Positions 19,009 to 27,888 of a stretch of DNA of 64,000 nt are shown here, piece after piece. This DNA is from an uncultured SAR86 cluster bacterium (GTDB taxonomy: Bacteria; Pseudomonadota; Gammaproteobacteria; Magnimaribacterales; D2472). How positions within the stretch are numbered: the first letter of the stretch is position 1; each line of letters begins with the position of its first letter. The stretch lies in contig CABZTX010000003.1 in NCBI GenBank assembly GCA_902528875.1, positions 13,068-77,067 of the forward strand, read 5' to 3'. The notes under the pieces were generated by a model. It saw only the letters and a program-made list of their open reading frames with translations. It searched no databases and was not told the DNA's origin. Made by a program: the position numbers and the translations under genes.

Positions 19009-20220
19009 ATGTCTGAAGCAATTCTTAATAATTTTAAAAGACTTAAATCAATGAATCTTTCCATTGATATCACAAGAGGCAAGCCATCATCTGATCAGCT
19101 AGATCTATCTAATGAATTACTTAGTTCTTTTGTTTCTGCAACCTCAAACAGTGGAGCAGATTTGAGAAACTACGGAGAAACATTTGGGATAACCGAGGCA
19201 AGAGAGCTCGGTGCAGATTTATTCTCTGCACCAGTAGAGAATATTATCGCAGGTGAGCAGTCTAGCCTTCTACTGACATATCAAACCATATTGGCTAACT
19301 TTTTGTTTGCCGAACCAATTCCTTGGAAAGACTTAAAAAATCCTAAATTCATATGTCCAGTACCGGGTTTTGACAGGCATTTTATGATGCTTAATGATTT
19401 TGGTATAGATGTTGTTCCAATACCTCTGACAAATGATGGTATCGATTTAGATGCATTTAAAGAGGCTCTTAAAAGTGATGGAGATATTTTAGGTATATTG
19501 TGTGTTCCCAGGCATTCTAATCCTTCAGGAGAAACATACTCTGATGAAAACATTCAGAAAATGTTTGTAGTTGGTTCAAATTTTTCAAAAAAGTTTCTCT
19601 TCTTATTTGATCATGCATACCTTGTACATGATTTTTTACCTACAAAATTACAAAGTCCCTTGTGGGATATTGCAAGTAAAGCTAATGTTTCTAATCAAAC
19701 AGTCATTGTTACATCTTGTTCAAAAGTTACATTTGGAGGAGGCGGTATCTCATTCATGGCAACTGGAGGTCATAGTCTAGATCTTGTTAAAAAAGTAAGA
19801 ACGACTATGATTATTTGTCCAGATAAGATCAATCAAAAAAGGCACGTAGATTTTCTTGAGAGTGCTGAAAAAGTTAAGCTTCATATGAAAAAACATGCTG
19901 AATTAGTGAGACCAAAATTTGAGTTAGCTTATTCATTTTTAGAAAAACTTGATAAAGAATTTGGAACCTTTTCTAAGCCAACTGGTGGTTACTTTATATG
20001 CTATGCAACTTCAAAACCTATTGCTAGTAAGGTAGTAAAAATATGTAAGGACGCTGGTGTTTTATTAACTCCCGCAGGATCGACTTTTCCTAAAGGAATT
20101 GATTCAGAAGACAGCATTATTAGAATTGCACCAACTTTTGTGACTTTCGACGAATTATCTCTAGCAATGGATGTCTTTGTGACAGCAGTTCAAATAGCCC
20201 ATCTAGATTTAAATACTTAA
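19009..20220 (+). CDS. Class I/II PLP-dependent aminotransferase (possibly aspartate aminotransferase subgroup)
   Basis: 403 aa. Contains DITRGKPSSDQLDLS and SCSKVTFGGGGISF (putative PLP-Lys region). Substrate cannot be assigned from sequence alone. Confidence 0.7.
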   Translation: MSEAILNNFKRLKSMNLSIDITRGKPSSDQLDLSNELLSSFVSATSNSGADLRNYGETFGITEARELGADLFSAPVENIIAGEQSSLLLTYQTILANFLFAEPIPWKDLKNPKFICPVPGFDRHFMMLNDFGIDVVPIPLTNDGIDLDAFKEALKSDGDILGILCVPRHSNPSGETYSDENIQKMFVVGSNFSKKFLFLFDHAYLVHDFLPTKLQSPLWDIASKANVSNQTVIVTSCSKVTFGGGGISFMATGGHSLDLVKKVRTTMIICPDKINQKRHVDFLESAEKVKLHMKKHAELVRPKFELAYSFLEKLDKEFGTFSKPTGGYFICYATSKPIASKVVKICKDAGVLLTPAGSTFPKGIDSEDSIIRIAPTFVTFDELSLAMDVFVTAVQIAHLDLNT

Positions 20221-20549
20221 TTTTTATTTTTTTTGTGAGTTATGTACTTCTCACCATCAAAATAAGAAAAAATTTGCTTTATATCTGGATGATTTGCAGG
20301 TAATAAAGATTTATCATGGACCAAATTTTGTTCAGACACATATGCAATATAAAAAATTTCTTCATTCTCAGCAAAAAGGTGATAGAAGGGTTGATCTTTT
20401 TTTGGCCTAATATTTTTAGGTATTGCGTTATACCATTCTTCAGTTCCATTAAACTTTGGATCTAAATCAAAAATCACTCCTCTAAAGTTTAAAAATCTGT
20501 GTTTTACTATATTTCCGATAGAAAACTTTGCTTCTACTAGTTCTTGCAT
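20217..20549 (-). CDS. hspQ: Heat-shock protein HspQ (YccV, hemimethylated-DNA-binding domain)
   Basis: KFSIGNIVKHRFLNFRGVIFDLDP...FYHLFAENEE matches the YccV/HspQ domain. 110 aa. Confidence 0.8.
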   Translation of the reverse strand: MQELVEAKFSIGNIVKHRFLNFRGVIFDLDPKFNGTEEWYNAIPKNIRPKKDQPFYHLFAENEEIFYIAYVSEQNLVHDKSLLPANHPDIKQIFSYFDGEKYITHKKNKN

Positions 20550-20585
20550 TATATTTATAACTTAAACCATTATTAAGAAAAAGTC

Positions 20586-20918
20586 ATGGAAGATGAATTA
20601 ATTGTAGTTTCAACAAATGATATCGCAGGATCAGAAATAGTTGAATACATCGGTCTTGTTCAAGGAAGTACTGTAAGGGCCAGAAACTTTGGAGCAGACA
20701 TGTTTGCAAGTCTAAAAAATATGATTGGAGGTGAGCTGGTTGGCTATTCAAAACTGCTTAAGAGCTCGAGGGAGCAAGCATACTTGAGAATGGTTGAAGA
20801 TGCTAAAACAAAAGGAGCAAATGCAATTTTAGGTTTTCGTTTTCAAACTTCTACTATTGCTCAAGGAGCTGCGGAAATACTTGCTTATGGAACTGCTGTA
20901 AAAATAAAACAGGAATAA
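20586..20918 (+). CDS. ybjQ: YbjQ (UPF0145) family protein
   Basis: IVEYIGLVQGSTVRARNFGADMFASLKNMIGGE...GANAILGFRF is the typical YbjQ signature. 110 aa. Confidence 0.85.
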   Translation: MEDELIVVSTNDIAGSEIVEYIGLVQGSTVRARNFGADMFASLKNMIGGELVGYSKLLKSSREQAYLRMVEDAKTKGANAILGFRFQTSTIAQGAAEILAYGTAVKIKQE

Positions 20919-20920
20919 TT

Positions 20921-21145
20921 ATGAACAAAACTGAAAAAATCGCACTAAGAGAATCAATTATAGTTGTGCTAATGGGAGCAGTTATAAACTTTCCTCTTCA
21001 AACTTTTTTGCTTTGGTTAACAATTGATAATTGGCAGTGGTCAAACCCACTTACCATATCAATGTTTGTACAGATGATAATAACTGTAGTCGCGCTGTTA
21101 AGAGTTTACGCAATCAGAATGAGATTCCTAAGAGGAAAATTTTAG
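20921..21145 (+). CDS. Small two-TM membrane protein, unknown function
   Basis: 74 aa with two hydrophobic helices. Starts 2 nt after the ybjQ stop. I recognise no family. Confidence 0.4.
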   Translation: MNKTEKIALRESIIVVLMGAVINFPLQTFLLWLTIDNWQWSNPLTISMFVQMIITVVALLRVYAIRMRFLRGKF

Positions 21146-21543
21146 CCATCTTCTTTTTTCATATCTTTTTTTTGCTTTTTCTTTTCTCCCATTATTCTCA
21201 TTTTCATTCTATGGTTGATCATATCTTTACACCAGACATCATAAACTGTTGAATAATTTGCTGCTAAATCTACAAGAACAGATGCTTCTATCCATTTTTC
21301 TTCGTTTTCTGGATTCATTTCAATCTCTTTCCAAATAGATTCTGCTGCAGAAAGCAGGCCATCTATTCCGTCTTTAGTTTCCTTACACTCTTTAAAGCTT
21401 AAGAGATAATTTGGATTAGGCATCTTCCTTTCTCCTTTATCTGATGGTCCATTATGATGATCACCAAAAAGATTAAAAGTTAAGCAAAGGGTTAATATTA
21501 AGATTTTATTTTTCATATTTTTATACCTATTAAATATATTCAT
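21142..21543 (-). CDS. Secreted hypothetical protein
   Basis: Signal-peptide-like KILILTLCLTFNLFG (the true start may be ATG 21516), two Cys and a Lys-rich C-terminal tail. I recognise no family. Confidence 0.45.
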   Translation of the reverse strand: MNIFNRYKNMKNKILILTLCLTFNLFGDHHNGPSDKGERKMPNPNYLLSFKECKETKDGIDGLLSAAESIWKEIEMNPENEEKWIEASVLVDLAANYSTVYDVWCKDMINHRMKMRIMGEKKKQKKDMKKEDG

Positions 21544-21631
21544 TTCTCTTAGAGTACATTTTTTTTAAGAAAGTTCAAAAAAACATTTACTTCTAAATTT
21601 AAATATTCATAATGCTCTAATTTTTATAAGT

Positions 21632-21878
21632 ATGAATTTGATCGATCTTCTTCAAGTAATAAGTTTTTTTTTGGTACCTTAATAGCTGCACCCTTTATTT
21701 TTTCAAAAAAATTTAAGAAAAGATTTATTGGACTATTAGCGATAACTTTAGAGTGTTTTTTGCAATAATCGCTCAAATTTATCTAGGATTATATTCTTTT
21801 GTTTTCGCAAATGTTTTTTGGTTATTAAATGCGCTTAATGGAATGAAGAAAATATCAAAAAGAAAAGGCAGGACTTAA
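21632..21878 (+). pseudogene. Small (about 82 aa if joined) hydrophobic membrane-protein gene interrupted by two -1 frame changes at poly-T runs
   Basis: There are three consecutive fragments. Frame 2 reads MNLIDLLQVISFF (stop 21680-82). Frame 1 reads FFFGTLIAAPFIFSKKFKKRFIGLLAITLECFLQ* (stop 21766-68, no start codon of its own). Frame 0 reads (V)FFAIIAQIYLGLYSFVFANVFWLLNALNGMKKISKRKGRT* (stop 21876-78). The junctions fall at T9 (21664-21672) and T6 (21756-21761). Confidence 0.35.
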
Positions 21879-21879
21879 T

Positions 21880-22542
21880 CTATTTAAAGTCTTTGTATTC
21901 AAGAAACTTTAAGCCATTCTGCTGATTATCCATCGAATCAATTACAGCACTTGCTACTTTGGCTGCGTCTATATTTCTGAATTTTTTAAAAGGACCAAAT
22001 AAAAATAAACCTGTAAAGTTTGTCACCACTTCAAAAATAAAAATAGCAATATTGAAAGCTTCACCTTTTCTTTTGCCCAGCAAATGACTTGGCCTGGCAA
22101 TAATAGTCTTATCAAAATTCATCTTAATAATTCTGTTTTCAATCGAACCTTTCACATTAAGGTAAGTATTTAGTGAATGATTATTTGCACCAATTGCTGA
22201 TATGAAGCTTAATGATTTAGCGCCACACCTCTTCCCAAAGCTTGCAATATTTTTTACATATTCAAAATCAACTTTTTTAAAGTCATCCCTTTTACTCTTT
22301 TTTATGTATAAAAGCTCAGATAAGGATAGCTTTGTACCAATAGCGATGTAGACATCATCAATTGGTTGAGTATCAATATCTTGTAGATTTTCAAAATCAG
22401 TTTGAATTTGAATAATTCTTTCATCACAATCAATTTTAGCTCTTGCTAACAAGATTATTTCATTAGCGACATAATCTAAATTATTAAGTATTTTGCTTCC
22501 TAACAAACCAGACGCACCAGCAATAAGAATTTTTTTATTCAT
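21880..22542 (-). CDS. NAD(P)H-binding atypical SDR (HTATIP2/NmrA-like)
   Basis: N-terminal KILIAGASGLLGSKIL Rossmann motif. 220 aa. Confidence 0.7.
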   Translation of the reverse strand: MNKKILIAGASGLLGSKILNNLDYVANEIILLARAKIDCDERIIQIQTDFENLQDIDTQPIDDVYIAIGTKLSLSELLYIKKSKRDDFKKVDFEYVKNIASFGKRCGAKSLSFISAIGANNHSLNTYLNVKGSIENRIIKMNFDKTIIARPSHLLGKRKGEAFNIAIFIFEVVTNFTGLFLFGPFKKFRNIDAAKVASAVIDSMDNQQNGLKFLEYKDFK

Positions 22543-23047
22543 CTAAGAAAGAAGTTTTGATTATTGAAATCTTTTCATCAAGATTTTTTGATCCATCCAA
22601 TATAAAGTCACTAAATTTCTCATATAGTGGCTCTCTTTCTGCAAACACTTCTGATATTGTAAGCCCCTCAGGAACTGCAAGTCCTCTTTCTTGACCAGTA
22701 TTAATTCTTTCAATCACTATTTCTAGAGGAGTATTAATGTAAATAATTTTTGAGAATGTCTTTAAGTGTTCCATAGATTTTAATGAATATACTGCACTTC
22801 CACCGGTTGAAATTATTTTTGTACTTATATCAAGATTAAGTATCACTCCTTCTTCAGCTGATCTAACAAATTTATATCCAAACTTTTGTTTAATCTCCTC
22901 TAAAGAGGATTGATATTTCCTTTCAATTAATAAATCTGTATCTATAAAACTGGTAGCTAACTCTTCCGCAAGTTTTTTTCCAACAGTAGATTTCCCACAA
23001 CCCGCCATTCCAATAAATGATATATTTTTAATGTTTGCCATATTCAT
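22535..23047 (-). CDS. Shikimate kinase family P-loop kinase
   Basis: Walker A FIGMAGCGKSTVGKKLA, then DTD and TGGSAV motifs in the order seen in AroK/AroL. Not in the usual aroK-aroB context. Confidence 0.7.
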   Translation of the reverse strand: MNMANIKNISFIGMAGCGKSTVGKKLAEELATSFIDTDLLIERKYQSSLEEIKQKFGYKFVRSAEEGVILNLDISTKIISTGGSAVYSLKSMEHLKTFSKIIYINTPLEIVIERINTGQERGLAVPEGLTISEVFAEREPLYEKFSDFILDGSKNLDEKISIIKTSFLDE

Positions 23048-23987
23048 CTGTCGCAGATACCAAAAAATGCGTTATTTCTTTTTCAATAGCACTATGGCCA
23101 GATGATGGAGCAATAATAAGCTCAGCTTCAGGCCAATTTCTATAAAGCTCCCAAGCAGTCTCCATTGGACACACTATGTCATATCTTCCTTGAATAATTT
23201 TTGTGGGAATATGCCTAATCTTATTAATATTGTCCGTTGATATAAGTTGATTTTCATTTTCAAGAAATCCTTTATTTATAAAGTAATGATTTTCAATAAA
23301 AGCAAATGCAAGTGCAAACTTTGGGTTTGAGAATGAGTTAATTATTTCAGGTTTATAACTTAATGTACTAGCTGATGCTTCCCATTTTGACCAAGCAACT
23401 GCAGCTTCTAGTTTCTTTTTTTCATCATCTCCATCAAATATTTTGTGGTAGGCACCAATCAAATCATCTCTATTTTCTTTATCTATTGGCTCTAAAAATT
23501 TTTCCCAAGCATCTGGAAAAATTTTACTTGCCCCATACTGATAAAACCAATCAAGTTCTTTCTTTCTGAGCATAAAAATTCCACGAAGCACTAATTCAGA
23601 AACTGAATTTGGATATCTTTGAGCGTATGCTAAAGAAAGCGTACTGCCCCAGGATCCTCCAAAAACAAGCCATTTTTCTATTTTTAGTATTTGCTTTATT
23701 TTTTCTATATCTTCAACAAGATCCCATGTCGTATTATTCTCCAGACATCCATGAGGCTTGCTTCTTCCGCAACCTCTTTGATCAAATACAACTATTCTGT
23801 AAATTTCAGGATTAAAGAATCTCCTAACATTAGTTCCCCCACCTCCACCAGGTCCACCATGAAGAAAAATTGCTGGCTTTCCATCTGGATTCCCACATTC
23901 TTCATAATAAATTTCATGCCCATCAGCGTTAAGATAATCTTGAGAGTAGGGCTCAATATTCGGATATAGAGTTAGGTGTTCACTCAT
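23028..23987 (-). CDS. pip: Prolyl aminopeptidase (proline iminopeptidase, S33)
   Basis: HGGPGGG, FDQRGCGRS and the nucleophile elbow GGSWGSTL. 319 aa. Confidence 0.9.
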   Translation of the reverse strand: MSEHLTLYPNIEPYSQDYLNADGHEIYYEECGNPDGKPAIFLHGGPGGGGGTNVRRFFNPEIYRIVVFDQRGCGRSKPHGCLENNTTWDLVEDIEKIKQILKIEKWLVFGGSWGSTLSLAYAQRYPNSVSELVLRGIFMLRKKELDWFYQYGASKIFPDAWEKFLEPIDKENRDDLIGAYHKIFDGDDEKKKLEAAVAWSKWEASASTLSYKPEIINSFSNPKFALAFAFIENHYFINKGFLENENQLISTDNINKIRHIPTKIIQGRYDIVCPMETAWELYRNWPEAELIIAPSSGHSAIEKEITHFLVSATDEYGKH

Positions 23988-24955
23988 GAAATTAAAGTTT
24001 TTTCAGATATTTCCCAAAGCTTTAGTGCTTCTTCGCTATCAATTGCCCAATCTGCAACACCAAAATATCTTTGCATGGATTCCTCAATATCTGTCTTTCT
24101 TTTTGCGATATCACAATCCTCACAAAATACTCCTCCAATATCATTGAGTTTCGAATTTGTTGCACACCAAAGGGTTGTTGAGGCACCCTGACTGGGTGTT
24201 TTAAAAAAATTCTTAGCAAGATCTGATGGAGATCCATCTTCTTTCATCCAACCCAAAGCAACCATCTCATCTTTTTCTAGATGGCGTTGAAGTGGTGTGA
24301 TAATCCCTCCTGGATGGACAGAATAACCTGAGACCCCTTTATCTTTCATTCTTCTATGAAATTCCATTGCTATTAATGACGATGCTGTTTTGGACTGACC
24401 ATATGCCATCCATTTGTTGTAAGGATTTTTTTGAAAGTGAATATCATCCCAAATAATGCCAGTAAGTGAATGTGCTGATGATGATAGGCTAACAAATCTT
24501 GCATTTTGACTATCTGCCATTAGATTCATTAATTCTTTTGTAAGCAAAAAATGACCAATATGATTAATGGCAAACTGACTTTCCCAATTTTTTCCTATTC
24601 TTGTTTCAGGACAGGCCATAATCCCAGCATTATTGATTAATAAGTCTAATTTTTTAAAATTTTGTTTATAATCTTCAGTAAATTTTTTAACAGAATTTAA
24701 ATCAGCTAAATCCATTTCAATAATATTTTCTTTTGAAGCTATCCCATCAAGATTTTTAGTTGCTACATCTTTTCTTTTTGCCGGGATAACCACATTAGCT
24801 CCGGCTAAGACTAATTCACGTGAAGTCTCAAGACCAATGCCAGAATAACCTCCAGTTACAATCGCAGTTTTTCCACTAAGATCGATATCACAAGTAATCT
24901 TATTTGCGTTAGTTTTAGAATTGAATCCAGACCCTATGGGTTTTTGTAAAGTCAT
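23984..24955 (-). CDS. Classical SDR oxidoreductase (retinol-dehydrogenase/WWOX-like subgroup)
   Basis: TAIVTGGYSGIGLET, NNAG and YGQSKTA motifs. 323 aa. Confidence 0.85.
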   Translation of the reverse strand: MTLQKPIGSGFNSKTNANKITCDIDLSGKTAIVTGGYSGIGLETSRELVLAGANVVIPAKRKDVATKNLDGIASKENIIEMDLADLNSVKKFTEDYKQNFKKLDLLINNAGIMACPETRIGKNWESQFAINHIGHFLLTKELMNLMADSQNARFVSLSSSAHSLTGIIWDDIHFQKNPYNKWMAYGQSKTASSLIAMEFHRRMKDKGVSGYSVHPGGIITPLQRHLEKDEMVALGWMKEDGSPSDLAKNFFKTPSQGASTTLWCATNSKLNDIGGVFCEDCDIAKRKTDIEESMQRYFGVADWAIDSEEALKLWEISEKTLIS

Positions 24956-25006
24956 TTAAATATTTTAACATCCAAAATTAATTTTAATTCGTACAATTTT
25001 GATGAA

Positions 25007-25082
25007 TGGTGCCCAGAGGTGGGATCGAACCACCGACACAAGGATTTTCAGTCCTTTGCTCTACCAACTGAGCTATCTGGGC
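25007..25082 (-). tRNA. tRNA-Phe (anticodon GAA), CCA encoded
   Basis: The reverse complement is GCCCAGATAGCTCAGTTGGTAGAGCAAAGGACTGAAAATCCTTGTGTCGGTGGTTCGATCCCACCTCTGGGCACCA. It folds as a perfect cloverleaf: acceptor GCCCAGA/TCTGGGC, D stem GCTC/GAGC, anticodon stem AAGGA/TCCTT with loop CTGAAAA, and T arm GGTGG/CCACC. It is near-identical in architecture to E. coli tRNA-Phe. Confidence 0.93.
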
Positions 25083-25138
25083 TTAATTGAACTTTGGATT
25101 ATAGGCAAGTTTGTAATCATTGTCATTAAGTCTAATCA

Positions 25139-27742
25139 CTAGATACGAACTCTCTCATTAGTAGGATCATAAAGGGATCCTTTGCCAACTATTTCAACAG
25201 TCATTGGATATAAACCATCACCATCTTCATTGAAGTACTCTATTAAAAGTGACTTACCTTGAATTGCAATTTCTTTAGGAAGGTACCCCATAACTACAAA
25301 TTTTTTGACAGAAGGGCAGTATGACATGCCCGTTGTATATGATCTTCTCCCTTTGCTATCTATAGGTACCTCACCTGTTGCAGGATCAATGATAGGTGAA
25401 ATACCAACTGGATATCTGGTATCACCTGAAACGTTAAGATCATCTAACGTCATTGTACAAAGAACAGCACATGGATCTTCATTTCTGTGTGAAAGATGAG
25501 CAGCTTTACCATGAAAATCTGCTTCTTTTACCAAGGGTCTTTGAATTGCAGCTTCAATTGCATTGTAGTCAGTTTCAAGATCAGCTCCTTGAAGTCTAAA
25601 GCTCTTCTCAAGCCTTCTACTATTAGCATAGGTTTCGATTCCAACTGGAATAACTCCAACATCAAGAAGGGAATCATACAAAGCTAGACCGTCCTCACTA
25701 TTGTTATCAAGATAGATTTCCCAACCACTTTCACCAACGTAAGAAATTCGAGCAGCCCAAACGTCAATCTTTTTCCCATTTGTTAAATTAAGCGATAGAT
25801 TTTTAGCAGACACAAAAGGAAAGTTTTCAATACATATTTCATTTGGATTAATGAAATGACTCAACGCTTTTTTTGCATCAGGTCCCCATAAGCCTAAAGT
25901 TGCTATGTCATGAGTTCTAATATTTATATCAGCATTAAGTCCGTTATCGTCTCTATAATTTCTTAATGTTACCCAGTCTCTATTTCCATCAGCACCACCT
26001 GTAACCACTCGGTAAGTATCTGAACTCAATCTAGAAATAGTAAGATCTGCATGAACTCCGCCATCTTCATCAAGAAAGTTGGTATAGACAACTTTACCCT
26101 CTGGAGTATCACCACCAACTTTGGCAACAGAAAGATACTCTAACATTTTCTCAGCATCTGGACCCTTTATATCCATGATAGGGAAATGCGATAAATTAAT
26201 CATGCCAACAGAATCACTCATTGCTAAATGTTCCGCGTTGGCAATCTCATAAGGAACATGTCGTTTATCCCACTCATTTTCTCTTGTAGGTATTTGATTT
26301 GCGTATTTTTGGAGTTTCTCTTTATTGCTTTCATAAGCAAAAGCTCTTTCCCAACAAGCTACTTCATTGTCAAAATATCCCCCAAGCTCAATCTCTCTCT
26401 CATAAAAAGGACTTACAAACTTTTCTCTTTGACTGATATAGGGTTCTCTTGGATGAACTGCAGGAGTATAAATAGTTTGTGAATTTTCATATGCGCGTGA
26501 TTTTACAAATTCTTTTTCCTTTTGTTCTGGATAAAACCTACTTATGTCAAAAGAATGAATATCTACCTGACTTTTACCATTTACCATTAATTCTGCACAT
26601 AATCTTGCACATCCTGGACCATCCTTTACCCAGACAGCCTCACACATCCAAAATCCTCTAACTTCAGGACTTTCTCCTATTAATGACCCAGCATCAGGCG
26701 TAACCGATAAAAGTCCATTGAAAGAACTCTTTTCATCCCAACCAAGTTCATTAAGTATTGGGGTTGTTTCAAATGCTTTTTCTAGAGGTTCTGCAACTTC
26801 TTCCAGATCAAGATATCTCATTGAGTCAGATCCCATTGTTTTTTCTGGATTTCCAATATCCTCTGGATCAACTAGTCTTGGATTTTTATCTTCATAAAAA
26901 CCCCATTCAAGCATTCCACCGTGGAGTCTTCCAGTATCTCTAACATATGCTGAATTTCCTTGATCTCTTAATAGTGGATATATAAGGAAATCTTCAGCAC
27001 CTTGTGCCTCTGGAAGTGGCCCAAAAAATAATAAAGGATGTTCTAATGGCATTAACGGTACTGATACACCAGCTTTTTTGCCCATTAAAGGTCCCCATAT
27101 TCCAGACGCAATCACAACTTTCTCAGTTTTTATAATTCCTTTCTCAGTTTTAACTCCAGTAATGCGACCATTTTCAATTTCAAAATCAATAGCAGGAGTG
27201 TTTGTGAATGTCTTTAAGGATCCTTTATCTTTTGCAGTTTCCACTGCAAAACTTACAACCTCTTGTGATCTTGGTATCACTAGGCCTGCATCCGGGTCCC
27301 ACATCGCACCTCGCATAGAGTCTTCATCTAATAATGGGAATTTTTCTTTAGCCTCCGATGCAGAAATCAGTCGGACATTACTTCCAAAGGCTTTCCCAGA
27401 CGATACCTTTCTCTTTAATTCTTCCCAACGCATTTCATCGTCTTTTCTACAAATTTCAAGACCTCCTTTTTTAAGAAAAAATCCGTTATCTTCATAGAAT
27501 TTTCTACTAAATGCTGTTGTCCAACAGCCCAGTTTGTCATGAGTGGTGTTATAAACGAAATCAGACGCATGTGCAGTTGATGCAATATCAGAAGGTATGA
27601 CAGAAGATTTTTCTAGCCCAACAACATTCTTTTGACCAAGCTCAGCAAGCCAATATGCCAGCATTGAACCTACAATGCCACCGACACCAACAATTACAAT
27701 ATCTGCCTCACTTGGGAATTTAGAATTTGTTTTATCAGACAT
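25139..27742 (-). CDS. FAD-dependent oxidoreductase fused to a GcvT-like aminomethyltransferase domain (dimethylglycine/sarcosine dehydrogenase family)
   Basis: 867 aa. N-terminal dinucleotide motif DIVIVGVGGIVGS, a TAHASDF segment in the position of the flavinylated His of DMGDH/SARDH, and a C-terminal GcvT-like region (ISYVGESGWEIY). Confidence 0.85.
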   Translation of the reverse strand: MSDKTNSKFPSEADIVIVGVGGIVGSMLAYWLAELGQKNVVGLEKSSVIPSDIASTAHASDFVYNTTHDKLGCWTTAFSRKFYEDNGFFLKKGGLEICRKDDEMRWEELKRKVSSGKAFGSNVRLISASEAKEKFPLLDEDSMRGAMWDPDAGLVIPRSQEVVSFAVETAKDKGSLKTFTNTPAIDFEIENGRITGVKTEKGIIKTEKVVIASGIWGPLMGKKAGVSVPLMPLEHPLLFFGPLPEAQGAEDFLIYPLLRDQGNSAYVRDTGRLHGGMLEWGFYEDKNPRLVDPEDIGNPEKTMGSDSMRYLDLEEVAEPLEKAFETTPILNELGWDEKSSFNGLLSVTPDAGSLIGESPEVRGFWMCEAVWVKDGPGCARLCAELMVNGKSQVDIHSFDISRFYPEQKEKEFVKSRAYENSQTIYTPAVHPREPYISQREKFVSPFYEREIELGGYFDNEVACWERAFAYESNKEKLQKYANQIPTRENEWDKRHVPYEIANAEHLAMSDSVGMINLSHFPIMDIKGPDAEKMLEYLSVAKVGGDTPEGKVVYTNFLDEDGGVHADLTISRLSSDTYRVVTGGADGNRDWVTLRNYRDDNGLNADINIRTHDIATLGLWGPDAKKALSHFINPNEICIENFPFVSAKNLSLNLTNGKKIDVWAARISYVGESGWEIYLDNNSEDGLALYDSLLDVGVIPVGIETYANSRRLEKSFRLQGADLETDYNAIEAAIQRPLVKEADFHGKAAHLSHRNEDPCAVLCTMTLDDLNVSGDTRYPVGISPIIDPATGEVPIDSKGRRSYTTGMSYCPSVKKFVVMGYLPKEIAIQGKSLLIEYFNEDGDGLYPMTVEIVGKGSLYDPTNERVRI

Positions 27743-27888
27743 ATTTCATGCTCCCTAAAAATATGAAACTTAATAAATTAAACTTTATTTTTTTTACTTT
27801 GTAAATCAAAAAGTTTGAACCTATATAATTTCAATTTTAAATTTTTTTCAGTTAGTTATTTAGTCAAAAAATCAATGAAATATTATTT

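Noticed and set aside
24974-24985. Palindrome AAAATTAATTTT just downstream of tRNA-Phe as a terminator
   Set aside because: The 12-mer is all A/T. Such palindromes are expected by chance at this composition and would form a very weak stem.
21142-25138. tRNA-Phe-flanked block as a genomic island or integrated element
   Set aside because: No integrase, transposase, phage gene or direct repeat of the tRNA 3' end is visible. The genes are as tightly packed and AT-rich as the rest of the window.
27078-27497. 139-aa + strand ORF, plus several 60-85-aa ORFs, inside the DMGDH-like gene
   Set aside because: They are antisense to an 867-aa ORF with clear FAD and GcvT motifs. No start context or family resemblance is visible.
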